Shown here: piece by piece, positions 39,346 through 49,800 of the stretch
How the letters are laid out: each line of letters begins with the position of its first letter
Numbering within the stretch: position 1 is the stretch's first letter
NCBI RefSeq assembly: GCF_018977255.1
Contig: NW_024704743.1
Location: 87,112,001-87,176,000, forward strand
Direction: 5' to 3'
Source: Callorhinchus milii
Taxonomy: Eukaryota
DNA length: 64,000 nt
Translations under genes and position numbers: made by a program
The notes under the pieces: generated by a model
Databases searched by the model: none
The model's input: the letters and a program-made list of their open reading frames with translations, nothing else
Told to the model about the DNA's origin: nothing

Positions 39346-40519
39346 CAGCTCTCTCACACACACACCACAGCCAATGTGGCCTGTTTGGATGGCTTCACGC
39401 CCACTTGGGTGGGTGTTTGTTGCGCTGTACTTGAGCAAACGTTTTTGAGGAAGTGGCTAATTTTTTTGGTTAATATAATAATATTCCTTGCATTTGATAT
39501 AGCCCTTTATCATGTCCTCGAGACGTCTCAAAGCGTTTCACAGGATACACTGTAAAGTGTTTTTTGACCCTGTGTTTTGTGGGTGAAAAGAACCTGCAGA
39601 ATGTGTTTTTTGCTTTGAAGACCTTTTCCTACAGTTTCAAAACCACTGACCTAAATTGGCCACTCTGCTTCCAGCAGGAGGCAACGCATAATATTGGGCT
39701 ACATTAGGGCTCGTATTTGGCTGACTTTGGGCTAAAAATGGATTTCAATTGCTGGCAACTCTGACCAACGCAGCCAGTAATGGGTCAATGAGCAGCAGTG
39801 TGCACCACACACATCATTTAAATCGTCTGAAACCGGGTATTGAAGTTTCACGCAGCAAAAATAGGTCATGTGATAAATCACACGGAGTAATTTTTGTTTG
39901 ATCTGAAAAGCTCACAGGTCTTTGCATCCAATGAAAAGCTAAGCTATTTGGCACGATGAGTGAACACGTGGACACTAAACATTATTGGGTAGAAGTTTCA
40001 TCTGGGTCTCGATTTGCTCTATTAACATTTCAAGGATCAAATTCTTCCATACCTTCAGTGAGTTTGAAACCATTTTTCTATAAGAACTACAGAAGATGGG
40101 CTTCAAAGTCAAAACTGATTCCAACAATTTGCCAAGTTCTGCACATTTGGAAATGTTACATTAATAGGTCTAAATCTAGTGCAGCATTTTATTCCATGTA
40201 TTGAGGGATTTGTAGGTCCCCTTAATTATGTAGTTAACCTCTCTGCTGCCTTTCAGAGTCAACCATTATCTTCACCTTTATTGTAATAATAAATCTTGCA
40301 TTTGATATAGTGCTTTCATTGTCTCTCTACCCTGACACACTTCCATGGCTTTGGAACTTCTTCGTCTCTGAGAGCAGACTTGATGAACTGAATATCCTAC
40401 TTCTGTAAATATCTATGATTCAACTCTTACCTGTCCCGACATCTTTTCTATCTCTTCTAACCATCTCTCGTTTCATACTCAGCCCAATGACTTCCCAGAC
40501 GATTCCTAAGTTTCTGAAA

Positions 40520-40925
40520 GGGTAAATAAAGATAATACTATGGCAGTTGTGTATTTGGATTTGAAGGAATGGCTAAGTGTAGAGCCAAAGAATATTTTTC
40601 CAGTTGGCAGAAGGTAATTTGTAGTGTACTGCAAGGGTCTGTGCTGGAGCCTCTCCTTTTTTCTAAAAATGTTCATGATCCCTGTTAAGATACAGGGGAT
40701 GTGCTATCAAAGTTTGCAGATGATACCGATCTCGGTGGGACAGTGAATAGTGAACAGGACGGAAAGAGATTGCAGGAGAATTTAAACAGATTAGGGCAGT
40801 TGGCATATCAGTAGCAGGTGAAGTTTATGAACCAAAATGTTAGGTAATTGATTTTTGGTAGGGAGTATAAAGTGAATGGTAGTATCCTGTAATGAACAGA
40901 AGAGCAAAGGGACTTGGGAGTAAAA
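40520..40925 (+). mobile_element. CR1 RT fragment
   Basis: VVYLD, QGSVLEPLLF, KFADDT and RDLGV remnants. Confidence 0.8.
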
Positions 40926-40962
40926 GGTCCCCGTATCTAATCAATTATTGCACTTGATCAGG

Positions 40963-41525
40963 CATCCGTGTAACTGCTCCCTGTAGAAACCGGGGGACAG
41001 AATCCCGGCAGGGACACCACAGTGACAGGGGTGGGACTGGCCACGTATGTAATGTATGTGTTTGGGTTTATGTTTACGAGGTTTCCGGGCGTGTATTAGG
41101 GTAAATATGTGAGCGTACGGTGCTGCTACCTGAAAGCGGTAAGTGTGCCTTATCAGGCTGTGTAGTGCACACAGGGGCAGTTCCTGACTATCTTAAAGGG
41201 AGCATCCCCAAAAAATGGGTGCACAACCTTTGTGATGAGAACCTGTTTATACTCCCCTTTGATGAGGTATGATAGGGAATGGGAGGGTACAAGACCCCAT
41301 TTGTAACTGCGCCCGGCAAAGGGCGGCAGGACCGCGGAGTGGGGAAGCCTTGGTCCCTCCACCAAAGTGGAGTGTGCTGAGGCCATCCCCCACCCTGCCA
41401 CAAGGGGCCGGGTCCGTTCTGTAACGGGATAATAACAAGTTGGGTCTTTTTTTCTGTAACGGGTTTGATACTGTCTTGAGACAAGCATAAATATATATCA
41501 ACAAATACATATTTGGTTTAAAAAT
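40963..41525 (+). repeat. unclassified ~560 bp A-tailed interspersed repeat, copy 1
   Basis: collinear with the reverse complement of 50930-51495; ends atatatcaacaaatacatatttggtttaaaaa. Confidence 0.8.
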
Positions 41526-41579
41526 ACCTGACCAGGCAGCACTCACAACCAACACTGGGTGACTGCAATGGGAAACAAC

Positions 41580-42195
41580 AGCAATACTTACATTTACATA
41601 GTGCCTTTCACAAGTGTAACATCTTGACTGCTTAAAAGAGATGACACCGAGCTGGAAAGAAGTGACTGAAGGCATAGTCGAAGAGGAAAGTCTTCAGATG
41701 TGCTTTGAAGTCCAGCAAAGAGGGTCAAGATTGTGGTAGGGAGTTCCAGAGATTGGGTGCATAGTGCAATACAATACAAAATTACATTTTTAAAGTGCCT
41801 TTCGCGTCAGGAGTACATCCCTAGGCACTGGTAGCTGAAAGCACAACTGCCAATGCCAAAGGGGGACTAAGGAATGTGCAGAAGACCCAAGCCAGCTGAG
41901 CAAAGGTAGTGGGTAGAGGAGAGGGGTGTGAGCAGATCAGAGAGGTGAGGAGGTGCCAGTACGTGAAGTGATTTGAAACTAAGAGTGACGATCTTGAAAT
42001 CGATCCATTCTAAAACAGGGAGCCAGTGGAGCCTGGCAAGAACTAGGGTAATGGGGTGAGGTGCCAGGTACAGATGAAGACAAAGGAAGCAGAGTTTTGT
42101 ATTATTTAGGCCTTTATATGGCGACCAGCGACGAACACATTGGAAAAGCCGAGGCAGGAGGTGACAAAAGCATGAATGAAGGTTTCAGCAGTCGG
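41580..42195 (-). mobile_element. degenerate L2 3' fragments
   Basis: gggagccagtggag (LHWLP), gatcttgaa and tail motifs shared with the other L2 copies. Confidence 0.75.
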
Positions 42196-42316
42196 AACTA
42201 CTCCACTCCTGAGCTTGAATATTCCTCATCCTAATGAGCAAAAAAAAGTAAGTTTTAAAAAAGGACCAAATAATCTTGCATGCATGAGGGAGAAGGAAAT
42301 AGAGGGGTGTGGCAGA

Positions 42317-42341
42317 NNNNNNNNNNNNNNNNNNNNNNNNN
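42317..42341. other. assembly gap (25 N) in intron 1
   Basis: run of n. Confidence 1.
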
Positions 42342-42765
42342 TTTATATAGCTGCATATTTAGGTAAGTCAGTGTGTTTATTATATCTTATATGTACACAT
42401 AATAAACCACATATGTCTGCAAGCAATGTGTATCTCCATCAAGGTGCATGGATGGAGATGTCTGCAATTCTGCAGGTGTACGTCTCCACGTATGCGTGTG
42501 TACACAACCCATATATAGAGAGAGAGAGATGTAAATGGGTGTGAGAGTGCACCATGTGCCTCAGTGTGCACACACTGCAGAGTGCATGTGTGTGAGTGTA
42601 ATGGCAGCACACGCTGCACTGTTCCGAGCTGCTGCTACTCAGTGGGGAGCACCGCCGAGACGCGCTGTGGAAGCCACACTCGGGCTCTGCTCCATAGTCA
42701 ACCTTTATTTCAAAGCCGCTCCAAACCTTTTGTGTGTTTTAAAGGGTGTGCAGCAGTCAGTTAGT

Positions 42766-43633
42766 CACCCACACACCCACCCACACCCCCAGCCAGGCAC
42801 CCACCCACCCCCCCAGCCAGGCACCCACCCACCCCCCCAGCCAGGCACCCACCCACCCCCCCAGCCAGGCACCCACCACCCCCCAGCCAGGCACCCACCC
42901 ACCCCCCAGCCAGGCACCCACCCACCCCCCCAGCCAGGCACCCACCCACCCCCCAGCCAGGCACCCACCCCACCCCCCAGCCAGGCACCCACCCACCCCC
43001 CCAGCCAGGCACCCACCCACCCCCCAGCCAGGCACCCACCCACCCCCCAGCCAGGCACCCACCCACCCCCCCCAGCCAGGCACCCACCCACCCCCAGCCA
43101 GGCCCCCCCCCCAGCCAGGCACCCACACACACCCCCAGCCAGGCACCACACCCCAGCCAGGCACCCACACCCCCAGCCAGGCACCCACACACCCACACAC
43201 CCAGCCAGGCACCCACACACACCCCCAGCCAGGCACCCACACCCCAGCCAGGCACCACACACCCACACCCCCAGCCAGGCACCCCACACACACCCCCAGC
43301 CAGCACCCACACCCCCAGCCAGGCACCACCCACCCCCAGCCAGGCACCCACCCACACCCCCAGCCAGGCACCCACCACACCCCCAGCCAGGCACCCACAC
43401 ACACCCCCAGCCACACACACACCCCCAGCCAGGCACCCACCCACCCCCCAGCCAGGCACCCACACACCCACACCCCAGCCAGGCACCCACCAGCCAGCAC
43501 CACACCCCCAGCAGGCACCCACACCCCCAGCCAGGCACCCACACACCCACACCCCCAGCCAGGCACCCACACACACCCCCAGGCCCCCCCCAGCCAGGCC
43601 CCCACACTGCCACACACCCCCCCCCCAGCCAGG
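42766..43633. repeat. minisatellite with ~20-24 bp unit CCAGCCAGGCACCCACCCACCCCC
   Basis: invariant CAGCCAGGCAC core with variable C/CA spacer. Confidence 0.97.
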
Positions 43634-43666
43634 CTGCCGACACCAGTGTGTGTGTGTGTGTGTTAC

Positions 43667-43720
43667 CTGTGCTCGGGGCTGTGGTGCTGGAGGCTGCCGC
43701 CTCCTCACTGCGCCTCTCAT
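43667..43720 (-). CDS. alpha/beta-hydrolase-fold membrane protein, coding exon 1 ([18 protein letters not shown])
   Basis: ATG at 43720 in a CpG-rich unique islet; 54 nt; ends CAG|gtaaca in phase 0, matching exon 2. Confidence 0.75.
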
Positions 43721-43768
43721 CGTGACTCCTCACTCACCACTCACACCGCGCAACTTCCGCGTCCGTCA
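43721..43768 (-). promoter_or_regulatory. CpG-rich proximal promoter/5'UTR of the hydrolase-fold gene
   Basis: ETS-type GCGGAAGT at 43753-43760 and CRE half-site TGACG at 43764-43768 on the minus strand, just upstream of the ATG; CpG-dense. Confidence 0.55.
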
Positions 43769-45476
43769 CCAGCACAGCCCCACCCCCACCCCAGCCCAGC
43801 CCCACCCCCACCCCCACCCCAGCCCCACCCCCAGCCCAGCCCAGCCCCACCCCAGCCCAGCCCCTCCCCCAGCCCAGCCCCACCCCCAGCCCAGCCCCAC
43901 CCCACCCCCAGCCCACCCCCCAGCAGCCACCCCCCCACCCCACCCCCACCCACCCAGCCCCTCCCCACCCCGCCCACCCCACCCCAGCCCCCCCACCCAG
44001 CCCACCCCAGCACAGCCCCACCCCACCCCACCCAGCCCCACCCCCAGCCCACCAGCCCCCCCACCCCAGCCCAGCCCCCCCCCACCCCCACCCAGCACAG
44101 CCCCCCCCACCCCAGCCCAGCCCCCCCCCACCCCAGCACAGCCCCACCCCACCCCAGCACAGCCCCACCCCCACCCAGCACAGCCCCCCCCCCCCACCCC
44201 AGCCCAGCCCCACCCCACCCGCCCACCCCACCCCAGCCCAGCCCCCCCCCACACCCACCCCACCCCCCCCCCACCCCAGCACAGCCCCCCCCCCACCCCA
44301 GCCCAGCCCCACCCCCACCCCAGCACAGCCCCCCCCCACACCCAGCCCAGCCCGCCCCACCCCCAGCCCAGCACAGCCCCCCCCACCCCAGCCCAGCCCC
44401 CCCCCACCCCAGCACAGCCCCCGCCCCACCCCAGCCCAGCCCCAGCCCCCACCCCAGCCCAGCCCCACCCACCCCCAGCCCCACCCAGCCCCACCCAGCC
44501 CCACCCCCACCCCAGCCCCACCCCAGCCCCACCCCCACCCCCAGCCCCACCCCCCCCAGCACAGCCCACCCCAGCACAGCCCCACCCCACCCCCACCCCA
44601 GCCCAGCCCACCCCCACCCCAGCCCAGCCAGCCCCCACCCCACCCCAGCACAGCCCCACCCCCACCCCAGCACAGCCCCACCCCACCCAGCACAGCCCCA
44701 CCCCAGCACAGCCCCACCCCCCCACCCCAGCACAGCCCCACCCCCACCCCACCCCAGCCAGCCCCACCCCCACCCACCCCACAGCCCCACCCCCACCCCA
44801 GCCCCACCCCACCCCAGCCCAGCCCACCCCAGCACAGCCCCACCCCCACCCAGCACACCCCCACCCAGCACAGCCCACCCCACCCCAGCCCCCACCCCAG
44901 CCCACCCCCACCCAGCACACCCCCACCCAGCACAGCCCCACCCCCACCCAGCACAGCCCCACCCACCACAGCCCCACCCCCACCCCAGCACCCCCCCACC
45001 CCAGCCCAGCCCCACCCCCACCCCCGCCCACCCCCACCCAGCCCCCCCACCCCAGCCCACCCCACCCCACACAGCCCACCCCACCCCCCCCCCCCCACCC
45101 CAGCACAGCCCACCCCCCCCCACCCCCAGCCCAGCCCCACCCCCACCCCAGCACAGCCCCCCCCACCCCAGCCAGCCCCACCCCCACCCCAGCCCAGCCC
45201 CCCCCCACCCCAGCCCCACCCCCAGCCCCAGCCCCACCCCCAGCCCAGCCCCACCCCCACCCCAGCCCCACCCCCACCCCAGCCCCACCCCCACCCCAGC
45301 CCCACCCCACCCAGCCCCACCACCCACAGCCCCACCCCACACAGCCCCACCCCCACACCCAGCCCAGCCAGCCAGCCCCACCCCCACCCCAGCCACACCC
45401 CAGCACGCCCCACCAGCCAGCACAGCCCCACCCCCACCCCAGCACAGCCCCACCCCAGCACAGCCCCACCCCCACC
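43767..45476. repeat. 1.7 kb C-rich (+)/G-rich (-) satellite, same type as 37334-39345
   Basis: CCCCACCCCAGCACAG / CCCAGCCCAG units. Confidence 0.97.
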
Positions 45477-45477
45477 G

Positions 45478-45582
45478 GAGATTAGAAGGGATGGTGGCTT
45501 TTGTGGAGAATAAACACTGGCCTGGACAAGTTGGGCCGAATAGCCTGTTTCAGTGAGGTGACATTCTATGTAATTGTATGTA
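45478..45582 (+). mobile_element. CR1-type 3' end abutting the C-rich array
   Basis: gggccgaatagcctgtttc...attctatgtaattgtatgta tail. Confidence 0.6.
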
Positions 45583-45620
45583 CTGCAAGAGGTAAGGTTT
45601 TGGAAAATATGAATATATTG

Positions 45621-45929
45621 GGAAGTCCTGTAGCTCAGTGGTTAGAGCACTCGCCTTGCAAGTGAGACACCTGGGTTCAATTCCAGGCAGGGCGAAACCT
45701 TGGGCAAGTTTCCTTACTCCACACGCCTAATAATAATTCCTCCAAAACAATAATAAATTGGTCATTTTCAATCAACAACTGTTTGTGGGACACTGCTGTG
45801 AGCAATTGGCTGCCACGTTTTGCCCACAAATATACAGTCAATTCACTTTTCCGTATATTCTGTGAAGCGCTTTGAGATGTCGAGAAGGCGTATAAAGCGC
45901 AATATCAAATGCAAGGATTATTATTATTA
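45621..45929 (+). mobile_element. SINE family A, short form, young copy
   Basis: TAGCTCAGTGG A-box, GGTTCAATTCC B-box, body and tail. Confidence 0.95.
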
Positions 45930-46802
45930 CAACTCAAAAGAGATAGAGGTATGACATTTAAGAAGATATTGTGGCTTGCATATATATTGTACATTAATAA
46001 ATCACATATTTCTCACATTTCTCCAGAAGTGAATATTCACCATCTGGATCTTGCTTTCAGGCAGCATGAAGAATACATGAATACATGACATAGAGCCAAA
46101 AGATAAATCATAGTTCAATTTGACAATTTAAATTCCTGGGGTTACCTTGGGCCAAAACCAAAATTTACTGTACAGGAATACTGAGTCATACAGCAAAGAT
46201 CAGCTGTTTGCAACAAGACTTAATGTAAAAGCAGAAAGAAGTTGACAGAAGTGTACTTTATAATTGCAAATTGACATGGAGGTTGAACTATTCCAATGTT
46301 GTATTTAATTCCACACAACATCAAAACTTCCTATTTTGTAATCTCTACATCAAGTGTCAGAGCTAAAAGCTCATTACAATTTCATGATTCAGGTCTTTAA
46401 AATGTTCTGATCTTATCTCAGATGATCTCATGAATCTCATTCTCCAAAATGTGATGCATTCAAACTTAAATCCCCAAATACTCATCAATCCTATGTCTCT
46501 GCTATTCAACCCAAGCTCTTTCCTTCCACAGACATTAGCACAGAATGATCTTGCTACATGTTGCATTGGGTCATCTGATTCTGCAACTATTGTCTCTCAT
46601 TAGGTCTCATTCAGACATTTATCTACCTTTTCTGAAGGAATCAATTGACAATTGGTTTTCTCCGGAGTCTTGCAAATATGTATTTTCGCCCACAAATATA
46701 TAGTCAATTCATTTTACAGTATATTCTGTGAAGAGCTTTGAGAAGTCTAGAAGACGTGAAAAGCACGATATCAAATGCAAGGATTATTATTTATTACTAT
46801 TA

Positions 46803-49800
46803 CCGAGTGAGTCGGGGAGCGGCGGCAGGAGAGCGCGGGGAGGAGCCTGGGCCTACTGACCCAGGTACTTAAACTCGACGCCGGAGCGAGTTCAGCTAGG
46901 GAGGGGGTGGTCTGGAGGCGGAGCGGGGGAACTGCGACGTCATAGATTAGTTTTCAGGTGAGTGCGCGCGCACAAAAAAAAAAAACCTCCGCGCCCCCCC
47001 CAGGGCTCACATCAGAGCCCACTATGGTCCTGTTGCGTTCGCTGCCCCAATCTGCGGGATAATGCCATCCACCTGACCGCTCGCTCCCGGTCCCCGCGTG
47101 CGCACTATGGCTGCCGCTTTGACCCGAGCCCCCTCACCCCCTCCCTCCCTCCCCCCTCCTCTCTCCCCCCAAACCCTCCCCCCTCTGCATCTCTCCCGCT
47201 CTCTCCTCCTCTCTCTCCGTCCCTCTCGTCTTCTATCCCCACTTGACCCTCCCACAACCTCCCTCTGTTCCAGTCTGGGAATCCTCCGCCGGGCTCACCG
47301 TGGCACTCGGCGTTGGCTGTCCAGCAGCAGCCACACCGACTGCCCCATTCCCCACCACTCTCGCCAGCCACCCCGGACACAGACCCGGGGAGTCAACCTC
47401 TCCTCCCTCATCCCCATTCCCCCCACCCCTGCCTCACAACCTGGACCCCCCTTCCCTCCCACACACCCTTCTGTCAACCGCTCCCTCCACATCGGACTGC
47501 AAAATGTCCGCTCCCTCTGCAACAAGGCCCTGGTCATCAACGATCTCATCCTTGATGAGAACGTTGATATCATGGCCTTGACAGAAACGTGGCTCACCCC
47601 AGGCGACACCTTCCCCCTCACGGAGGCCACGCCACCCGGCTACACCTCCCACCACATCCCCCGCCCCAACCGCCGTGGCGGTGGTGTTGCCCTTATCTCA
47701 AGGACACCACTTGCCCTATCTCCTTACTCCACTGGCTCTTTCCCCTCCTTCGAGCACCTCACCCTCTCCCACCCCTCATTCCTCTCCCTTAAAATCCTCC
47801 TCCTCTACCGGCCCCCTAAAACCTCTCCCACCTTCATCTCTGACATTTCAACACTCCTCACATCTCTTTGCCTCTCCTCTGATCGCCTCATCATCCTGGG
47901 CGACTTTAACCTACACTTCACCCCCTCCTGCTCCATCTCCACAGACTTCTCTTCCCTGCTCTCCTCACTCAACCTTTCCCTACACATAAACTCCCCCACT
48001 CACAGTCACGGCCACCCACTCGATTTGGTGATCACCCGGGGCCTCAGTGTCTCGGATGTCACTATTACCGACAAGGCCATCTCCGACCACTACTTCATCT
48101 CCTTCACCACCTCCACCCCCTCCCCACCTCCACCAGACCCACCACCATCTTCTACCGCCCTTGGAAGAAGTTACCCCCACAATCCCTAACCGATGCCTTG
48201 GAGTCCTCTGAACTCCTCTCCCTCTGGCCTTCAACCCTCACCGACCCCTCTTCTCCTCTCTCCCTCCTCCACAATATCCTCTCCTCCACACTCGATACTC
48301 TTGCCCCCATCACTTCCCGCACTGTCTCCTACTCCCGCTCCTCCCCCTGGTACACCACCCACCTCCGCTCACTGAAATGCCAGGTGCGGGCTGCTGAGCG
48401 CACCTTTGTCAAATCTGGCCTAACGGTCCACCGACAAATCTGGCTGGACCTCCTCAAAATTTACCGCTCCACTCTAGCCTCGGCCAAGTCGTCCTTCTAC
48501 TCCAGGATAATCCTGGAGGCGAAGAACAACCCCAGGCTACTGTTTTCCACCACATCCCGACTCCTCCGTCCCCCCCGCCACCCCGCGCAGGTCATCTCCT
48601 CCAACCTTCACTGCGAGGAGATGCTGGATTTCCTTGAATCCAAGATCAAGGGAATCCGCTCCGCGGTCACTTCCCCTCCAACTTCCACCCACCACCCACC
48701 CCTTCCCTCCCACACTCCGACTCCTACCCATCCTCCCCTACACACCTTCGTACCCGTTTCCCCACCCTCTGTCACTGAACTCATCCTATCCCTAAAACCA
48801 ACCACCTGCTCCCTTGACCCCATCCCCACTCCACTCCTTATCTCCCAGCTCCATTTTCTTGCCCCACACATCACTGACATCATAAACCTGTCCCTCTCCT
48901 CTGGCTCTGTCCCCATTCCATTAAAAACTGCCATCATCACGCCCACCCTGAAAAAACCCTCCCTTGATGCGTCGCAGCTATCAAGCTACCGGCCCATCTC
49001 CAACCTCCCCTTTCTCTCCAAGGTCTTGGAAAGAGTTGTCGCCTCCCAACTGCGCTCTTTCCTTTCCACCCATTCTCTTTTTGAACCCCTTCAGTCAGGT
49101 TTCCGTGCTGCTCATAGCACAGAAACTGCCCTGGTCAAGGTCACCAATGATATCCTGACCATCTGTGACCAGGGCTCCCTCTGTCTCCTCGTCCTCCTCG
49201 ACCTATCGGCAGCATTCGATACGGTCGACCACGCTATCCTACTCCACCGCTTGTCCTCCCACCTCAACCTTCAAGGCACTGTCCTTGAATGGTTTAGCTT
49301 TTACCTTTCCCACCGTCTTCACTTCGTCTCAACGAATGGCTTCTCCTCCACCCCCCGTACTGTCTCATGTGGTGTCCCTCAGGGCTCTGTCCTCGGTCCC
49401 CTCCTCTTCACCCTCTATATGCTCCCCCTTGGTGACATCATCCGCAAACATGGGGTTAACTTCCACATGTATGCGGATGACACCCAACTCTACCTTTCCT
49501 CCTCTACTCTCAACTCCACGACCACCGATGTCCTGACAGCCTGCCTGTCCGACATCGAGTCCTGGACGAGAGACAACTTTCTTCAGCTCAACGTGCGAAA
49601 AACCGAGGCCCTCCTGATTGGCTCACGTCAGCGCCTCCGCACCTCAGGCGCTGACACCATCAGCATCCAAGGCTGCACTCTCCACCTCTCAAAGCCAGTC
49701 AGGAACCTCGGCGTTTTGTTCGACCCTGAGCTGTCCTTTCTCCCTCACATCCGCACCACAACTGGCACCGCCTTCCATCACCTCCGGAATATCGCCAGAT

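Noticed and set aside
37225..39555. ORFs of 238-753 aa rich in Pro/His or Gly/Trp
   Set aside because: Open in nearly all frames because the satellite lacks T on the + strand and A on the - strand, so stops cannot form; lies in intron 1
42766..43633. CRISPR-like pattern of constant core plus variable spacer
   Set aside because: Spacers are C/CA slippage variants rather than unique sequence; eukaryotic context; no cas genes
42535..45556. Long ORFs up to 936 aa
   Set aside because: Same low-complexity artefact; only the first 18 codons of ORF 42761-43720 are supported by a splice donor and phase
45624..45695. tRNA-Ala(TGC) gene and similar heads at 1400-1471, 5220-5289, 14770 and 61222
   Set aside because: Each continues into a SINE body and L2-type tail and has stem mismatches
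48120..48198. Programmed -1 ribosomal frameshift between EN and RT
   Set aside because: L2 ORF2 is normally continuous and no canonical slippery heptamer is evident; an indel or sequencing error is more likely
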